Source of the DNA: Dehalococcoidia bacterium
Lineage (GTDB): Bacteria; Chloroflexota; Dehalococcoidia; UBA2979
Length of the DNA stretch: 64,000 nucleotides
Reading direction: 5' to 3'
NCBI GenBank assembly: GCA_964291495.2
Contig: OZ219871.1
Location: 512,001-576,000 of the forward strand
Both the position numbers and the translations under genes were made by a program. The notes below the pieces were generated by a model. The model was not told the DNA's origin, did not search any database, and saw only the letters and a list, made by a program, of their open reading frames with translations. Shown one piece after another: positions 38,338 through 48,444 of this stretch (the first letter of the stretch is position 1; each line of letters begins with the position of its first letter).

Positions 38338-39273
38338 ATGAAGTTCGGGCTGTTCCTCATCGAGTCGCCGCACCGCGCGCACGTCGGGCCCAGCGGACGC
38401 CACGCCGAGCCCGGCCAGGGCGCCGCCCTGACCTCGCCCGAGTACCTCGGCGGCCTCGCGCGCTTCGCCGAGGAGGTCGGCTTCGACTTCGTCTCCTTCC
38501 CCGAGCACGTCGTGCTGCCCGTGGACTACGAGTCGCGCTACCCGTACCAGCAGTACGAGGGCGGCGACTTCAAGCGCTACCCCTACGACGAAACGGCGTT
38601 CCCCGAGCCGGTCACCGCCCTCACCTTCGTCGCCGCCGTCACCGAGCGGCTGGAGCTGGGCACCTCGGTGCTGATCCTGCCGCAGCGCAATCCGGTGATC
38701 CTCGCCAAGCAGCTCGCCACCCTCGATGCGCTCTCGCGCGGACGCGTCAGCCTGACCGTCGGCATCGGCTGGCTGCGCGAGGAGTTCGCGGCGATCGGGG
38801 TGCCCTGGGAGCGCCGCGCGCGGCGCGCCGACGAGTACATCCAGGCGCTGCGCACGCTCTGGCGCGACGAGGTATCGACGTTCCGGGGCGAGACGGTCTC
38901 CTTCGAGCGGATCCGCTGCCTCCCCAAGCCCGCGCAGCCGGACGGCCCGCCGATCATCGTCGGCGGGCACAGCCTCGGCGCGGCGCGGCGCGCGGGCCGC
39001 CTCGGCGACGGCTTCATGCCGCTCGGCCTTGGCGGATTCGGGGGCGAGGACGTCACGCCGCTGCTTGAGGCCTGGCGCGAGGCGGCAGCCGCCGCCGGAC
39101 GCGAGGAGGCGGCGACGGAGCTGCGCATGGGCGCCGCGCCCGACCTCGAATCGGTGCGGCGCGTCGCCGAGCGCGGCGCGACGAGGATCCACTTCTCGTT
39201 CTCGGCGCCGAGCCTCGACGAGGCGAAGCGCGAGCTGGAGCAGATCGCCAACGAGGTGATCGAGCGCTTCTAG
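38338..39273 (+). CDS. LLM-class F420-dependent oxidoreductase
   Basis: PEHVVLP, LGTSVLILPQRNP, LAKQLATLD, GIGWLREEF. Confidence 0.9.
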   Translation: MKFGLFLIESPHRAHVGPSGRHAEPGQGAALTSPEYLGGLARFAEEVGFDFVSFPEHVVLPVDYESRYPYQQYEGGDFKRYPYDETAFPEPVTALTFVAAVTERLELGTSVLILPQRNPVILAKQLATLDALSRGRVSLTVGIGWLREEFAAIGVPWERRARRADEYIQALRTLWRDEVSTFRGETVSFERIRCLPKPAQPDGPPIIVGGHSLGAARRAGRLGDGFMPLGLGGFGGEDVTPLLEAWREAAAAAGREEAATELRMGAAPDLESVRRVAERGATRIHFSFSAPSLDEAKRELEQIANEVIERF

Positions 39274-39374
39274 CCGCGAGCCGCCCTCGCAGCCTGCGCA
39301 CGCACCCACGCGACTCGGCGGCGCGGTACAGTCTCGGCACGGGGGTCGGCGACCGCGACGGAGTGAGGTGAGGC

Positions 39375-41666
39375 ATGACGACTGCGCAGCGCTCGCATCG
39401 AGTGGTGGGGACACGGCCGGTGCGCCCGGACGGGGTCGAGAAGGTGACGGGGCGCGCCGGCTACAGCGCCGACACGCGGCTGCCGGGGATGCTCTACGGC
39501 CGCCTCAAGCGCAGCCCGCACGGCCACGCCCGGATCCTCTCGATCGACACCTCGAAGGCCGAGGCGCTGCCCGGCGTGCGCTCCGTGATCACCGCGGCGG
39601 ACTTCCCCGGCGATCGCGAGGAGATGATCCGCACGATGCGCGGACACACGACGCGCAAGTGGTTCCAGGACATGATCATGGCCTCGGACAAGGTGCTGCA
39701 CTACGGCCACGCCGTCGCCGCCGTCTGCGCGACCGACCCCCACATCGCCGAGGACGCGCTCGAGCTGATCGAGGTCGAGTACGAGCCGCTACCGCCCGTC
39801 CTCGACGTGCTCGAGGCGATGGCCGACGGCGCGCCGATCCTCCACGAGGAGATGCGCACGGTGACGATGCTCGGGCGCGGCATGCCCGGCGACCCGATCA
39901 ACGACAACCCCTCGAACGTCGTCAGCCACATGCCGCTCGAGAAGGGCAACCCCGACCAGGGCTTCGAGGAGTCGGACATCATGATCGAGCGGGAGTTCCG
40001 CACGGGCATGGCGCACCAGGGCTACATCGAGCCTCAGAGCGCGGTGGCGGACTGGGGTCCCGACGGGATGCTCACGGTCTGGGCGAGCAGCCAGGGCGCG
40101 TTCAACTTCCGCGACCAGCTCGCCGTGATCCTGCAGATCCCGACCGCGCACATCACCGTCGTGCCGACCGAGATCGGCGGCGGTTTCGGCGGCAAGCTCT
40201 ACATGTACGTGGAGCCGATCGCTGCGCTGTTCTCACAGCGCACGGGCCGGCCGGTCAAGGTCACGCTCTCCCGCGAGGAGGTGCTGGCCGCGACCGGGCC
40301 GACCTCCGGCACGTACGTGCGCGTCAAGATCGGCGCGAAGCGCGACGGCACGCTGCTGGCCGGGGAGGCCGAACTCGCCTACGAGGCGGGCTCGCATCCG
40401 CCCTCGCCGGTGGCGGGCGGCTGCATGACGGTGTTCGGCCCCTACGACATCCCCAACGAGCGTGTCGACGGCTACGACGTGGTGCTGAACAAGCCGAAGG
40501 TCTCTTCCTACCGCGCGCCCGGCGCCTGCCAGCCGACACTCGCGGTCGAGTCCGTGCTCGACGAGATCGCGGAGGAGCTGGGCATCGAGCCGATGGAGCT
40601 GCGGCTCCGCAACGCCGCGCGCGAGGGCACGCGCGTCCTCGATGGGCGCGCCTACCCGAAGATCGGCGCGGTCGACGTGATGGAGGCGGTGCGCAACTCA
40701 GAGCACTACCGCTCCGAACTCAGCGGCGAGTACCAGGGCCGCGGCGTGGCGATCGGCTACTGGTACAACGGCGGCGGCGAGGGCACGGCCACCGCCAGTA
40801 TCAACGCCGACGGGACCGTGAGCCTGATCTTCGGCTCGGTCGACATCGGCGGTCAGCGCGCCTCGCTGGCGATGCACATGGCCGAGGCGATGGGCATCCC
40901 CTACGAGGACGTCCGGCCGCACGTCGTCGACACGGAATCGATCGGCTACACGGGCCTCACCGCGGGATCGGCGACGACGTTCAAGACCGGCTGGGCGGTC
41001 TACAAGCTGGCGCAGGAGCTGCAGGGCAAGCTCCAGGGTCGCGCCGCCCGGATCTGGGACGTGCCCTCGGAGCAGGTCGAGTACCGCGCGGACGCCACGA
41101 TCCACGGACCGGCGGACGAGGACGGCAACGCGCGCTCGTTCACGTTCAAGGAGCTAGCCGGCCAGCTACCGGGCACCGGCGGCAACATCGCGGCGCAGGC
41201 CGACTCGAACGAGACGACGTGGGGGCCGAGCTTCGCCGGCCACATCGTCGACGTCGAGGTGGATCCCGCGACGGGGAAGGTCGACATCCTGCGCTACACG
41301 ACGGTGCAGGACGTGGGCACGGCGGTGCATCCCTCTTATGTCGAGGGCCAGATGCAGGGCGGCGCCTCGCAGGGTGCGGGCATGGCGCTGAGCGAGGAGT
41401 ACATCTACGACGAGGACGGCAGGCTGCGGAACGCAAGCCTGCTCGACTACCGCATGCCGACCACCGTCGATCTGCCGATGGTCGAGACGGTGCTCGTCGA
41501 GGTGCCGAACCCCGGACACCCGTACGGCGTGCGGGGCGTCGGCGAGGTGCCGATCGTGCCGCCGCTCGGCGCGATCGCGAATGCGCTGCACGACGCGACG
41601 GGCGTGCGGATGCGGCACCTCCCGCTCAGCCCCGAGCGCGTGCTCGAGGCGCTCGGCGAGATCTAG
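39375..41666 (+). CDS. Xanthine dehydrogenase family molybdopterin-binding large subunit
   Basis: KVTG, RSPHGHARI, HQGYIEP, IGGGFGGK, YRAPG, EGQMQGG, RGVGE. Confidence 0.93.
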   Translation: MTTAQRSHRVVGTRPVRPDGVEKVTGRAGYSADTRLPGMLYGRLKRSPHGHARILSIDTSKAEALPGVRSVITAADFPGDREEMIRTMRGHTTRKWFQDMIMASDKVLHYGHAVAAVCATDPHIAEDALELIEVEYEPLPPVLDVLEAMADGAPILHEEMRTVTMLGRGMPGDPINDNPSNVVSHMPLEKGNPDQGFEESDIMIEREFRTGMAHQGYIEPQSAVADWGPDGMLTVWASSQGAFNFRDQLAVILQIPTAHITVVPTEIGGGFGGKLYMYVEPIAALFSQRTGRPVKVTLSREEVLAATGPTSGTYVRVKIGAKRDGTLLAGEAELAYEAGSHPPSPVAGGCMTVFGPYDIPNERVDGYDVVLNKPKVSSYRAPGACQPTLAVESVLDEIAEELGIEPMELRLRNAAREGTRVLDGRAYPKIGAVDVMEAVRNSEHYRSELSGEYQGRGVAIGYWYNGGGEGTATASINADGTVSLIFGSVDIGGQRASLAMHMAEAMGIPYEDVRPHVVDTESIGYTGLTAGSATTFKTGWAVYKLAQELQGKLQGRAARIWDVPSEQVEYRADATIHGPADEDGNARSFTFKELAGQLPGTGGNIAAQADSNETTWGPSFAGHIVDVEVDPATGKVDILRYTTVQDVGTAVHPSYVEGQMQGGASQGAGMALSEEYIYDEDGRLRNASLLDYRMPTTVDLPMVETVLVEVPNPGHPYGVRGVGEVPIVPPLGAIANALHDATGVRMRHLPLSPERVLEALGEI

Positions 41667-41772
41667 GGCGCGGCGTCACCACGCCGCCCGTCAGGCGCCC
41701 GCTGCTAGACTCGTGCGCGCACGAGCGGGCGCGTTCGCGCCCGCCTTTGTGCGGTTGGGCGGGCTGCCGGCC

Positions 41773-43104
41773 ATGACCACTGCCGATTCGCGGCCGCCCG
41801 CGCCACCCATCGACCCTGCAACGGCGCCCGCGCCCGGCGCAGCGGCGCGGCGGCCTCGAGGGCTTTCGCTTCGCACCTTCGACTCGCTGAAGCAGGTCGA
41901 GTTCCGCTGGCTGTTCGCGTCCACGCTCGGCCAGATGGCCGCGATCCAGATGCAGATCCTGATGCGCAGCTTCGTCGCGTACGAACTGACGGGTTCGTTC
42001 GCGGCGATCGGCATCGTGGGACTCGCGAGCGCCGTGCCGATGCTGTTCCTCTCCGTCTTCGGCGGCGTGCTGGCCGACCGCGTGCCGCGGAAGCGGATCC
42101 TGCAGGCCGGGCACGTGCTGAACGGGGGCTTCGCGTTCCTGATTGCGACCCTCCTGTTGCTCGATCTGCTCACCGTGCAGCAGCTCTTCGTCATCTCTCT
42201 GGTGCAGGGCGCCGTGCTCGCGCTCACCATCTCGGCGGGCCAGGCGATCGTTCCCGAGGTGGCGGGCAGGGAGCGGCTGATGAACGCCGTCTCGCTGAAC
42301 GCCGCGGGCATGAGCTTCATGCGCCTCGTGGCCCCCGCCGTGGCCGCCGGCGTGATCGCGTTGATCGGGGCAGGGTCGGCGTACCTCACGATCGCGGCCT
42401 GCTATGCCGTGGCGCTGCTCCTGCTCGTGCCCGTTCGCACCCGTCGGCCGGGGGCGATGCAAGCGGGGCCCGGCGCAGCACCGGCGGGGCCCGGCGGCAA
42501 GCCCTCGGGCGGCCTCGACGATCTGATCGAGGGGCTGCGCTACTCCTTCCGGCAGCGGGTGATCTTCTGGATCCTCGTCCTCAACTTCGTGACCGCGATC
42601 CTCGCGATGCCGTACATGGTCCTGCTTCCCGGCTACGTCGCCGACGTCTTCGACGGCGGCGCCACCGAGCTGGCGTGGTTCGCCGCCGTGAGCGGAGGCG
42701 GCTCGCTCCTCGCCACGCTCGTGATCGCCTCGCTGCCAGAGCGCAACCGCGGCGTGCTGCTGCTCGGCTGCTCGGCGCTGCTCGGCATCTCGCTGGCCGT
42801 GCTCTCCTCGACTTCGGTCGTCTGGCTCGGCCTGGTGTTCATGTTCGTCGTCGGCGTCTGGACGGCGGGCCGGCAGGCGATGGCGATGGTGATCATCCAG
42901 ACCTACGTCGACGACTCCCATCGAGGGCGCGTGATGTCGATCTTCATGACGCAGATCTCGATGGTCCTCTTCGGCGGATTCATCGTCGGACTCATCGCGG
43001 AAGCGACAGGGATCCAGACCGCCATCGGCGGGCTGGGGCTCGTCCTCGCAATCTTCACGCTCGGCATCGCCGTCTTCGTCCCGAGGCTGCGCCGCGTGAT
43101 GTAG
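41773..43104 (+). CDS. MFS transporter
   Basis: GGVLADRVPRK motif A-like, multiple TM segments, RGRVMSI. Confidence 0.9.
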   Translation: MTTADSRPPAPPIDPATAPAPGAAARRPRGLSLRTFDSLKQVEFRWLFASTLGQMAAIQMQILMRSFVAYELTGSFAAIGIVGLASAVPMLFLSVFGGVLADRVPRKRILQAGHVLNGGFAFLIATLLLLDLLTVQQLFVISLVQGAVLALTISAGQAIVPEVAGRERLMNAVSLNAAGMSFMRLVAPAVAAGVIALIGAGSAYLTIAACYAVALLLLVPVRTRRPGAMQAGPGAAPAGPGGKPSGGLDDLIEGLRYSFRQRVIFWILVLNFVTAILAMPYMVLLPGYVADVFDGGATELAWFAAVSGGGSLLATLVIASLPERNRGVLLLGCSALLGISLAVLSSTSVVWLGLVFMFVVGVWTAGRQAMAMVIIQTYVDDSHRGRVMSIFMTQISMVLFGGFIVGLIAEATGIQTAIGGLGLVLAIFTLGIAVFVPRLRRVM

Positions 43105-43128
43105 CGCGACCGCCCGCCGGACAGGCCG

Positions 43129-44415
43129 TTACGGCGAGCCGATGGCGCCTGCCGCGTAGAGGCCATCGATCTCGTCCGTCTCGAAGCCCACCTCCTCGAG
43201 CACCTCTCGGGTGTGGCGGCCGAGCGGCGGCGAGGGCCGCGGCGAACCCGTGGGCGAGCCCGACATCTCGATGAGCGGTCCGACGAACTGCTCCGGGCCG
43301 GTCAGCTCGTTCTCCACCTCGATCATGATCCCCGCCTCCTGCACGCCGGGGTCGTCGGCCAGCTCCTCGGGCAGATTGACCTTCGAGGCGGGAACGCCGA
43401 GGCGGTCGAACTCCGCGATCCATTCGTCCGCCGTGCGGGCGCGCATCGCCGCGGCGATCTTGCGGTGCGTGGCGTCGATGGCGGGCCGGTTCGCCGGGTC
43501 GAGGACGTCGAACTCCAGATCCTCGGTCGGGTCGTCCTCGATGCCGAGCAGGGCGCGGATCTGGCTGCGGTTGCGGTCGGTCAGCGCGCCGATGATGACG
43601 GCGCCGTCGCGGACGGCGTAGCCGCCGTAGTAGAGGCGTACCTGCGGGCCCAGCAGGTCGTAGACGCCGCCGCGCTCGTTGACGACCTCGCAGTAGTCGC
43701 CGCCGCGATCCCGCACCGCGTTGATGCGCTCCATGAGAGGATCGCGCGTCACGGCGTCGAAGACCGGGGAGCGGGCGATCTCGCGGCCCATCATCATCAT
43801 CCCCGTCGCGAGGAGAGAGCTGCGGACGAGCTGCCCCTCGCCGGTGCGCTCGCGATGGACGAGCGCGGCGCAGACACCCATCGCGAGGACGACGCCGGCG
43901 GGGAAGTCGACGATCCCGGTGCACTGCACCAGCTCGGGGCCGCCGAGGTCGTCGCACTTGACCTCGGCCGCCATCAGCCCGCTGTAGGCCTGCGCGACGA
44001 TGTCGGAGCCGGCGCGGCTGGCGTTGCGGCCGTGGCCGCCGAAGCCGGTGTTCTCCGCCCAGATCAGATCCTCGCGGTAGCGGCGCAGGGACTCGTAGTC
44101 CACGCCGAGGCGCGCCGCCGCGCCGTAGCCCATGTTCGAGACGACGACGTCGAAGCTCTGGACGAGGCGCTCGATCAGGCGCTTGCCGTCCTTGTGCTTG
44201 AGATCGACGGCGATGCTGCGCTTGCCGCGATTGAGCGAGCGAAACGACTTGTTCTCGCCCGGGATGGCGCTGCGCCGCCGCCGCGAACTCCCGCCGTCGA
44301 GCGGCTCGACCTTCACGATGTCCGCGCCGAGGTCGGCGAGCGCCACGCCGCAGAAGGGTCCGGCGATCACCTGCGTGAACTCGAGCACGCGAATGCCTTC
44401 GAGTGGTCCGCCCAT
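43129..44415 (-). CDS. Family III CoA-transferase (CaiB/BaiF)
   Basis: PLEGIRVLEFT, LNRGKRSIAVDLK, PPLGRHT. Confidence 0.92.
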   Translation of the reverse strand: MGGPLEGIRVLEFTQVIAGPFCGVALADLGADIVKVEPLDGGSSRRRRSAIPGENKSFRSLNRGKRSIAVDLKHKDGKRLIERLVQSFDVVVSNMGYGAAARLGVDYESLRRYREDLIWAENTGFGGHGRNASRAGSDIVAQAYSGLMAAEVKCDDLGGPELVQCTGIVDFPAGVVLAMGVCAALVHRERTGEGQLVRSSLLATGMMMMGREIARSPVFDAVTRDPLMERINAVRDRGGDYCEVVNERGGVYDLLGPQVRLYYGGYAVRDGAVIIGALTDRNRSQIRALLGIEDDPTEDLEFDVLDPANRPAIDATHRKIAAAMRARTADEWIAEFDRLGVPASKVNLPEELADDPGVQEAGIMIEVENELTGPEQFVGPLIEMSGSPTGSPRPSPPLGRHTREVLEEVGFETDEIDGLYAAGAIGSP

Positions 44416-44519
44416 GATCGACCTCCTGCCGCCCGGCGGCGCCGGCGCCGGGGGACGGATGGTAGCAGCCGCGGATCGCGGTCCGGCTTGCGTGGTGCGG
44501 CGCGACGGGAACGAGGCGG

Positions 44520-45398
44520 CTACGCGCCGCTGACGCCGAGCGGGCGCATCACCTCCTCCGCGAAGCGCTCGACGGCTTCGATCTTCGCCTCGACCGGCGA
44601 GTCCGCGCCGGCCGGCTCCCAGGCGGGGATGCGGATGCCATCGAGGCCGGCGCGGCCGAGCTCGTCCAGCACCTCGGCAGTGGGCCACTCGCGGGGCTGG
44701 ACGGTGATCTCGAAGTCCGCCGGGTCACGCCCGTTGCCCTCGAGGTAGCCGTGCAGCCGCGCGATGACGTCGGGCACAGCGGTCGTGGAGGCTCCCCCGC
44801 CGACCCAGCCGTCGGCGATGCGGGCGGCGCGGCGCAGCGCGATCTCGCTGCGGCCCCCGAGCACGATCGGGATCGGAGCGGGCGGGACGGGCGCCATCGA
44901 GACGGCGTCGAAGTCGAACCAGTCGCCGTGGTGCTCCACCCAGCCGCCGGCCCAGAGCCGCCGGAGCACCTCGATCATCTCGGCGAGCCGGCGGCCGCGG
45001 CCGGAGAAGGCCTGGCCTGTCTGGTCGAACTCCTCGCGACACCAGCCGGCTCCGAACCCGGCCACGACGCGCCCCTCGGTGAGCACGGCGGCGGTGGAGA
45101 TCGACTTGGCGACGGTGAAGAGGTCACGCGCGGGCGCGATGTAGACGGCGGTCATGCAGCGCAGCGTCGTGGTCGCCGCGCCGACCGCCGAGGCGAGCGC
45201 CCAGGGGTCGGGCCAGTGCGTCTCCGCGTCCCAGAACGGGACGCCATCGGCGGTGCCGGGGTAGGCGGGGGTGATCTCGCGGGGAAAGAAGAGGTGGTCG
45301 GGGATCGCGAGGCCCTCGAAGCCGAGGCGCTCGGAGGCACGCGCCAGCGGAAGCACCTGCTCGGTCGGCATGAAGCCGGTGAACTGCCAGAACCTCAC
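44520..45398 (-). CDS. LLM-class F420-dependent oxidoreductase
   Basis: PDHLFFP, WPDPW, GFGAGWCREEF, ALRRAARIADGW. Confidence 0.9.
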   Translation of the reverse strand: MRFWQFTGFMPTEQVLPLARASERLGFEGLAIPDHLFFPREITPAYPGTADGVPFWDAETHWPDPWALASAVGAATTTLRCMTAVYIAPARDLFTVAKSISTAAVLTEGRVVAGFGAGWCREEFDQTGQAFSGRGRRLAEMIEVLRRLWAGGWVEHHGDWFDFDAVSMAPVPPAPIPIVLGGRSEIALRRAARIADGWVGGGASTTAVPDVIARLHGYLEGNGRDPADFEITVQPREWPTAEVLDELGRAGLDGIRIPAWEPAGADSPVEAKIEAVERFAEEVMRPLGVSGA

Positions 45399-45459
45399 GA
45401 CGCCCTCCTCGACTGGACCGCGTTGCTCGCTACGATAGCGGCGAGGGAGGCACGTCGCG

Positions 45460-46518
45460 ATGCAATTCGGCTTCTGCTACATCCCGGACTACTACCCGGA
45501 GCTGCACGGCGAGTTCCGCGACTGGTACGAGCGGCTGCTCTCCGAGTGGGCCTGGGCCGACGAACTCGGCTACGACTCGGTCTGGATCGCCGAGCACCGC
45601 TATCCGGGCTACGCCTTCTCCTCGACACCGGTCGTATTGCAGGCGATGGCCGATCGCACCACGCAGATTCGCATCGGCACCGCCGTGGCGCTGATCACCC
45701 AGCGGCACCCGGTGCTGAGCGCCGAGCACTGGGCGGCGGTCGACGTGCTCTCCGGCGGACGGCTCAACTTCGGCATCGGCCGCGGCATCTCGGAGTACGA
45801 CTTCGAGACCGTCGGCGTGCCCTCGGAGGAGTCGCGCGAGCGCTTCGAGGAGGCGTGGGAGGTGATCCGCCGGCTCTGGACCGAGGACGAGGTGGTGCAT
45901 AACGGCAAGTACTGGTCGTTCGACGTGCACACGCTGCGGCCGCGCCCGCTACAGCAGCCGATGCCGCCGATCTACGTCTCCGCGCTGGCGTCGCCGGAGA
46001 CGTACCGCTGGGCCGGGCGCAACGGCTACCACCTGCTGGTCGCGCCGTTCCTCCTCGACTCCAACGAGCGGCAGCGCGGCTTCCTCGAGATCTATCGCGA
46101 GGAGCTGGCCAACGCCGGGCACGATCCCGACGCGTTCGAGGTCCTCGGGACGTACCACCTGAGCATCGTCGAGCGGGAGAGCCAGCTCGAGGGGGCGGAC
46201 CAGTACTTCTACAACTACCTCAACTTCATCCAGAACACCGGGAAGGAACGAACCGGCGTGAAGGAGGCCCTGGCCGGAGAGGCCAACCGCGCCTACCAGA
46301 CCGGGGAGGGCCTCTACAAGGACGTCGAAGCAATGCGCAGGCAGCGTACGGTGATCGGCACGCCGCAGCAGTGCATCGAGCGCATGTCGGAGCTGGCCGA
46401 GGCGTGCGGCCTCACCGGGTGGTCATTCGAGATCAGCTACGGCGGGATGCCCGCCGAGATGACCAGGGACCAGATGCAGCTCTTCGCCGAGGAGGTCATC
46501 CCCGTCCTGCGCCCCTAG
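45460..46518 (+). CDS. LLM-class flavin-dependent oxidoreductase
   Basis: WIAEH, DVLSGGRLNFGIGRG, PRPLQQP, LFAEEVIP. Confidence 0.9.
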   Translation: MQFGFCYIPDYYPELHGEFRDWYERLLSEWAWADELGYDSVWIAEHRYPGYAFSSTPVVLQAMADRTTQIRIGTAVALITQRHPVLSAEHWAAVDVLSGGRLNFGIGRGISEYDFETVGVPSEESRERFEEAWEVIRRLWTEDEVVHNGKYWSFDVHTLRPRPLQQPMPPIYVSALASPETYRWAGRNGYHLLVAPFLLDSNERQRGFLEIYREELANAGHDPDAFEVLGTYHLSIVERESQLEGADQYFYNYLNFIQNTGKERTGVKEALAGEANRAYQTGEGLYKDVEAMRRQRTVIGTPQQCIERMSELAEACGLTGWSFEISYGGMPAEMTRDQMQLFAEEVIPVLRP

Positions 46519-46533
46519 CGCGCAGCGGCGAGG

Positions 46534-47637
46534 TCAGGGCACGAGCATTCCGCGGGAGACGGCCGTCTGCCGCTCGTGCCACTCCGCCTCGGCGAACGCC
46601 TCGTTGACGTGCTCGAGCGGGTAGATGTTGGAAACGATGCGGTCGTAAGGAACCTTGCCGAGGTTCTTGACCAGCGTCTCCATCATCAGCGGCAGCAGGT
46701 GCGGGCGGTACATCAGCGAGCCCATGATCTTCTTGCCGCGCAGGATCGTCGAGGGATCGAACTCGACGGTGCGGCCGCGCACGATGTCGCCGATCTCGAC
46801 GAACGTGCCGCCGTTGGTGAGATAGCCGACGCCCTCGACCAGCAGCTCCGCCCTGCCGACCAACTCCATGACGATGTTCGCGCCGCGGCCATCGGTGAGC
46901 TGGAGGACGCGCTCCAGTCGCGCCTCGGGCGTGTCGTATTCCTCGATGTTGATCGTGTGGTCGGCGCCGAACTCCTCGGCGAGTGCGAGCCGGTCGGCGA
47001 GGCGGTCGAGGACGATCACCCGGTGCGCGCCCATGTCCTTCGCCATCGCCGTGGCGTTGAGGCCGAGGCCGCCCGCGCCCTGGATGACGACGTAGTCGCC
47101 CTCGGCGGCGCCGGCGCGCATCAGGCCCTCGGTGACGGTCCCCATCGCGCAGTTGACCCAGCCGAGGACGGAGTCGGGCAGCTCGTCGGGCACCTTGAAG
47201 ACGGGGTGCTTGGCGCGGATCCAGTAGTAGTCGGCGTAGGTGCCCGTGAAGTAGGGCCAGTCGCCCGCGTTGGCGTAGGGGCCGGTGGGGCACCAGTTGG
47301 GCTCGCCGCGCATGCACTGGTAGCAACTCCCGCAGGGCTTGATCGCGGAGTACATGACGCGGTCGCCCTCGCGCAGGGGGACGCCGTTGGAGTCCGTCAT
47401 CGTGCCCTTGCCGAGCTGGTAGACGACGCCGGTGCCCTCGTGGCCCATCACGCGGCCGCTCTCCGGGAGCGGGACGTTAACCTGGTCGCCGCGCCAGGTG
47501 TGGAGGTCGGAGCCGCAGATTCCGGCCTGCGTGATCTTCAGCACTAGTCCGCCCGGCTCCGGGTCCGGCAGCTCGTACTCCTCGATCACGAACGGCTCGC
47601 GGTACTCCTTGACGACGACGACACGTCCGGTAGTCAC
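46534..47637 (-). CDS. Zinc-binding alcohol dehydrogenase (MDR family)
   Basis: GICGSDLH, GHEG, CGSCYQC...C, GAGGLG. Confidence 0.92.
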   Translation of the reverse strand: MTTGRVVVVKEYREPFVIEEYELPDPEPGGLVLKITQAGICGSDLHTWRGDQVNVPLPESGRVMGHEGTGVVYQLGKGTMTDSNGVPLREGDRVMYSAIKPCGSCYQCMRGEPNWCPTGPYANAGDWPYFTGTYADYYWIRAKHPVFKVPDELPDSVLGWVNCAMGTVTEGLMRAGAAEGDYVVIQGAGGLGLNATAMAKDMGAHRVIVLDRLADRLALAEEFGADHTINIEEYDTPEARLERVLQLTDGRGANIVMELVGRAELLVEGVGYLTNGGTFVEIGDIVRGRTVEFDPSTILRGKKIMGSLMYRPHLLPLMMETLVKNLGKVPYDRIVSNIYPLEHVNEAFAEAEWHERQTAVSRGMLVP

Positions 47638-47751
47638 GATCCGCCCTCCTTCAGCGCGCGCAGCTTCGAGGCTGCCGCCGCATCATAGCGAGGCAGTGGA
47701 CGGCGCGCGGCGGACCGGCCGGGGAGCTTGCGCGGGCTCCCTGGCAACCCC

Positions 47752-48132
47752 TCAGTAGGGAGCCGTGAGGTCCGGGAACATCGGGAAGTGGCGAACGTTG
47801 CGGGTCCAGAGCCGGGCCTCGAGGCGCTCGACTGTCGCCGCGATCACGTAGTCGATCAGGTCAATCCCGGGGTGCGACCGCAGGAAGCGGTTGGCCAGAG
47901 CGCCGGCACGCTCGGCGAGATCATTGTCGACCTCGATCCAGTCGAGACTGCCCAGCAGGCGACGTGTGGCCGGCTCCTCCGAGACTCGCATCCCGGCCAG
48001 CACCTCGACCCGGGTCAGCACGGACGCGGCGAGTCGTTCGCCGTCGGCAACGGCCCCGCGGAGCGCTTCGCGAGCTGCAGCATCGCCCCGGAGGTGGTCG
48101 ATCAGCACCGAGGTGTCGACGAGGATCGTCAC
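47752..48132 (-). CDS. vapC: VapC-family PIN-domain toxin
   Basis: ILVDTSVLID, EVLAG, DYVIAAT, TRNVRHFP. Confidence 0.92.
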   Translation of the reverse strand: MTILVDTSVLIDHLRGDAAAREALRGAVADGERLAASVLTRVEVLAGMRVSEEPATRRLLGSLDWIEVDNDLAERAGALANRFLRSHPGIDLIDYVIAATVERLEARLWTRNVRHFPMFPDLTAPY

Positions 48133-48383
48133 CTGCTCGCCAGCCGGCGAGACATGCCGCGACGCAGCCCCTCGACGTAGCTTGCGCCATCGAAGTCCCG
48201 ATCCGTCCAGGACGAGAAACTCGCGTCGAGGGCGCTCCGCAGCTCCGCGGCGGAAGACGACCCGTAGCTGCGGTCGAGCGCCCGGCGAACGAGCTCCGCG
48301 AGGCCGCGGCCGGAGCGCCGGGACTCCTCGCGCAGACGCGCATACTGCTCATCCGTCAGGGTGATCTGCGTGCGGTGACTCAT
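48129..48383 (-). CDS. vapB: VapB-type ribbon-helix-helix antitoxin
   Basis: RTQITLTDEQY...LAELVRRALD; GTGA overlap with toxin. Confidence 0.85.
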   Translation of the reverse strand: MSHRTQITLTDEQYARLREESRRSGRGLAELVRRALDRSYGSSSAAELRSALDASFSSWTDRDFDGASYVEGLRRGMSRRLASR

Positions 48384-48400
48384 GATGTAAGTCTACATCA
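48383..48400. promoter_or_regulatory. vapBC operator palindrome overlapping a -10 element
   Basis: TGATGTA-AGTC-TACATCA; minus strand TAGACT 6 nt before ATG. Confidence 0.7.
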
Positions 48401-48444
48401 CTCAACCGGGCGGTAGCAGCCGCTCCCGGTTGTACTGCTCGGCG

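Noticed and set aside
39375-41666. Aerobic CO dehydrogenase CoxL
   Set aside because: Lacks the AYRCSFR loop and has no coxM/coxS neighbours.
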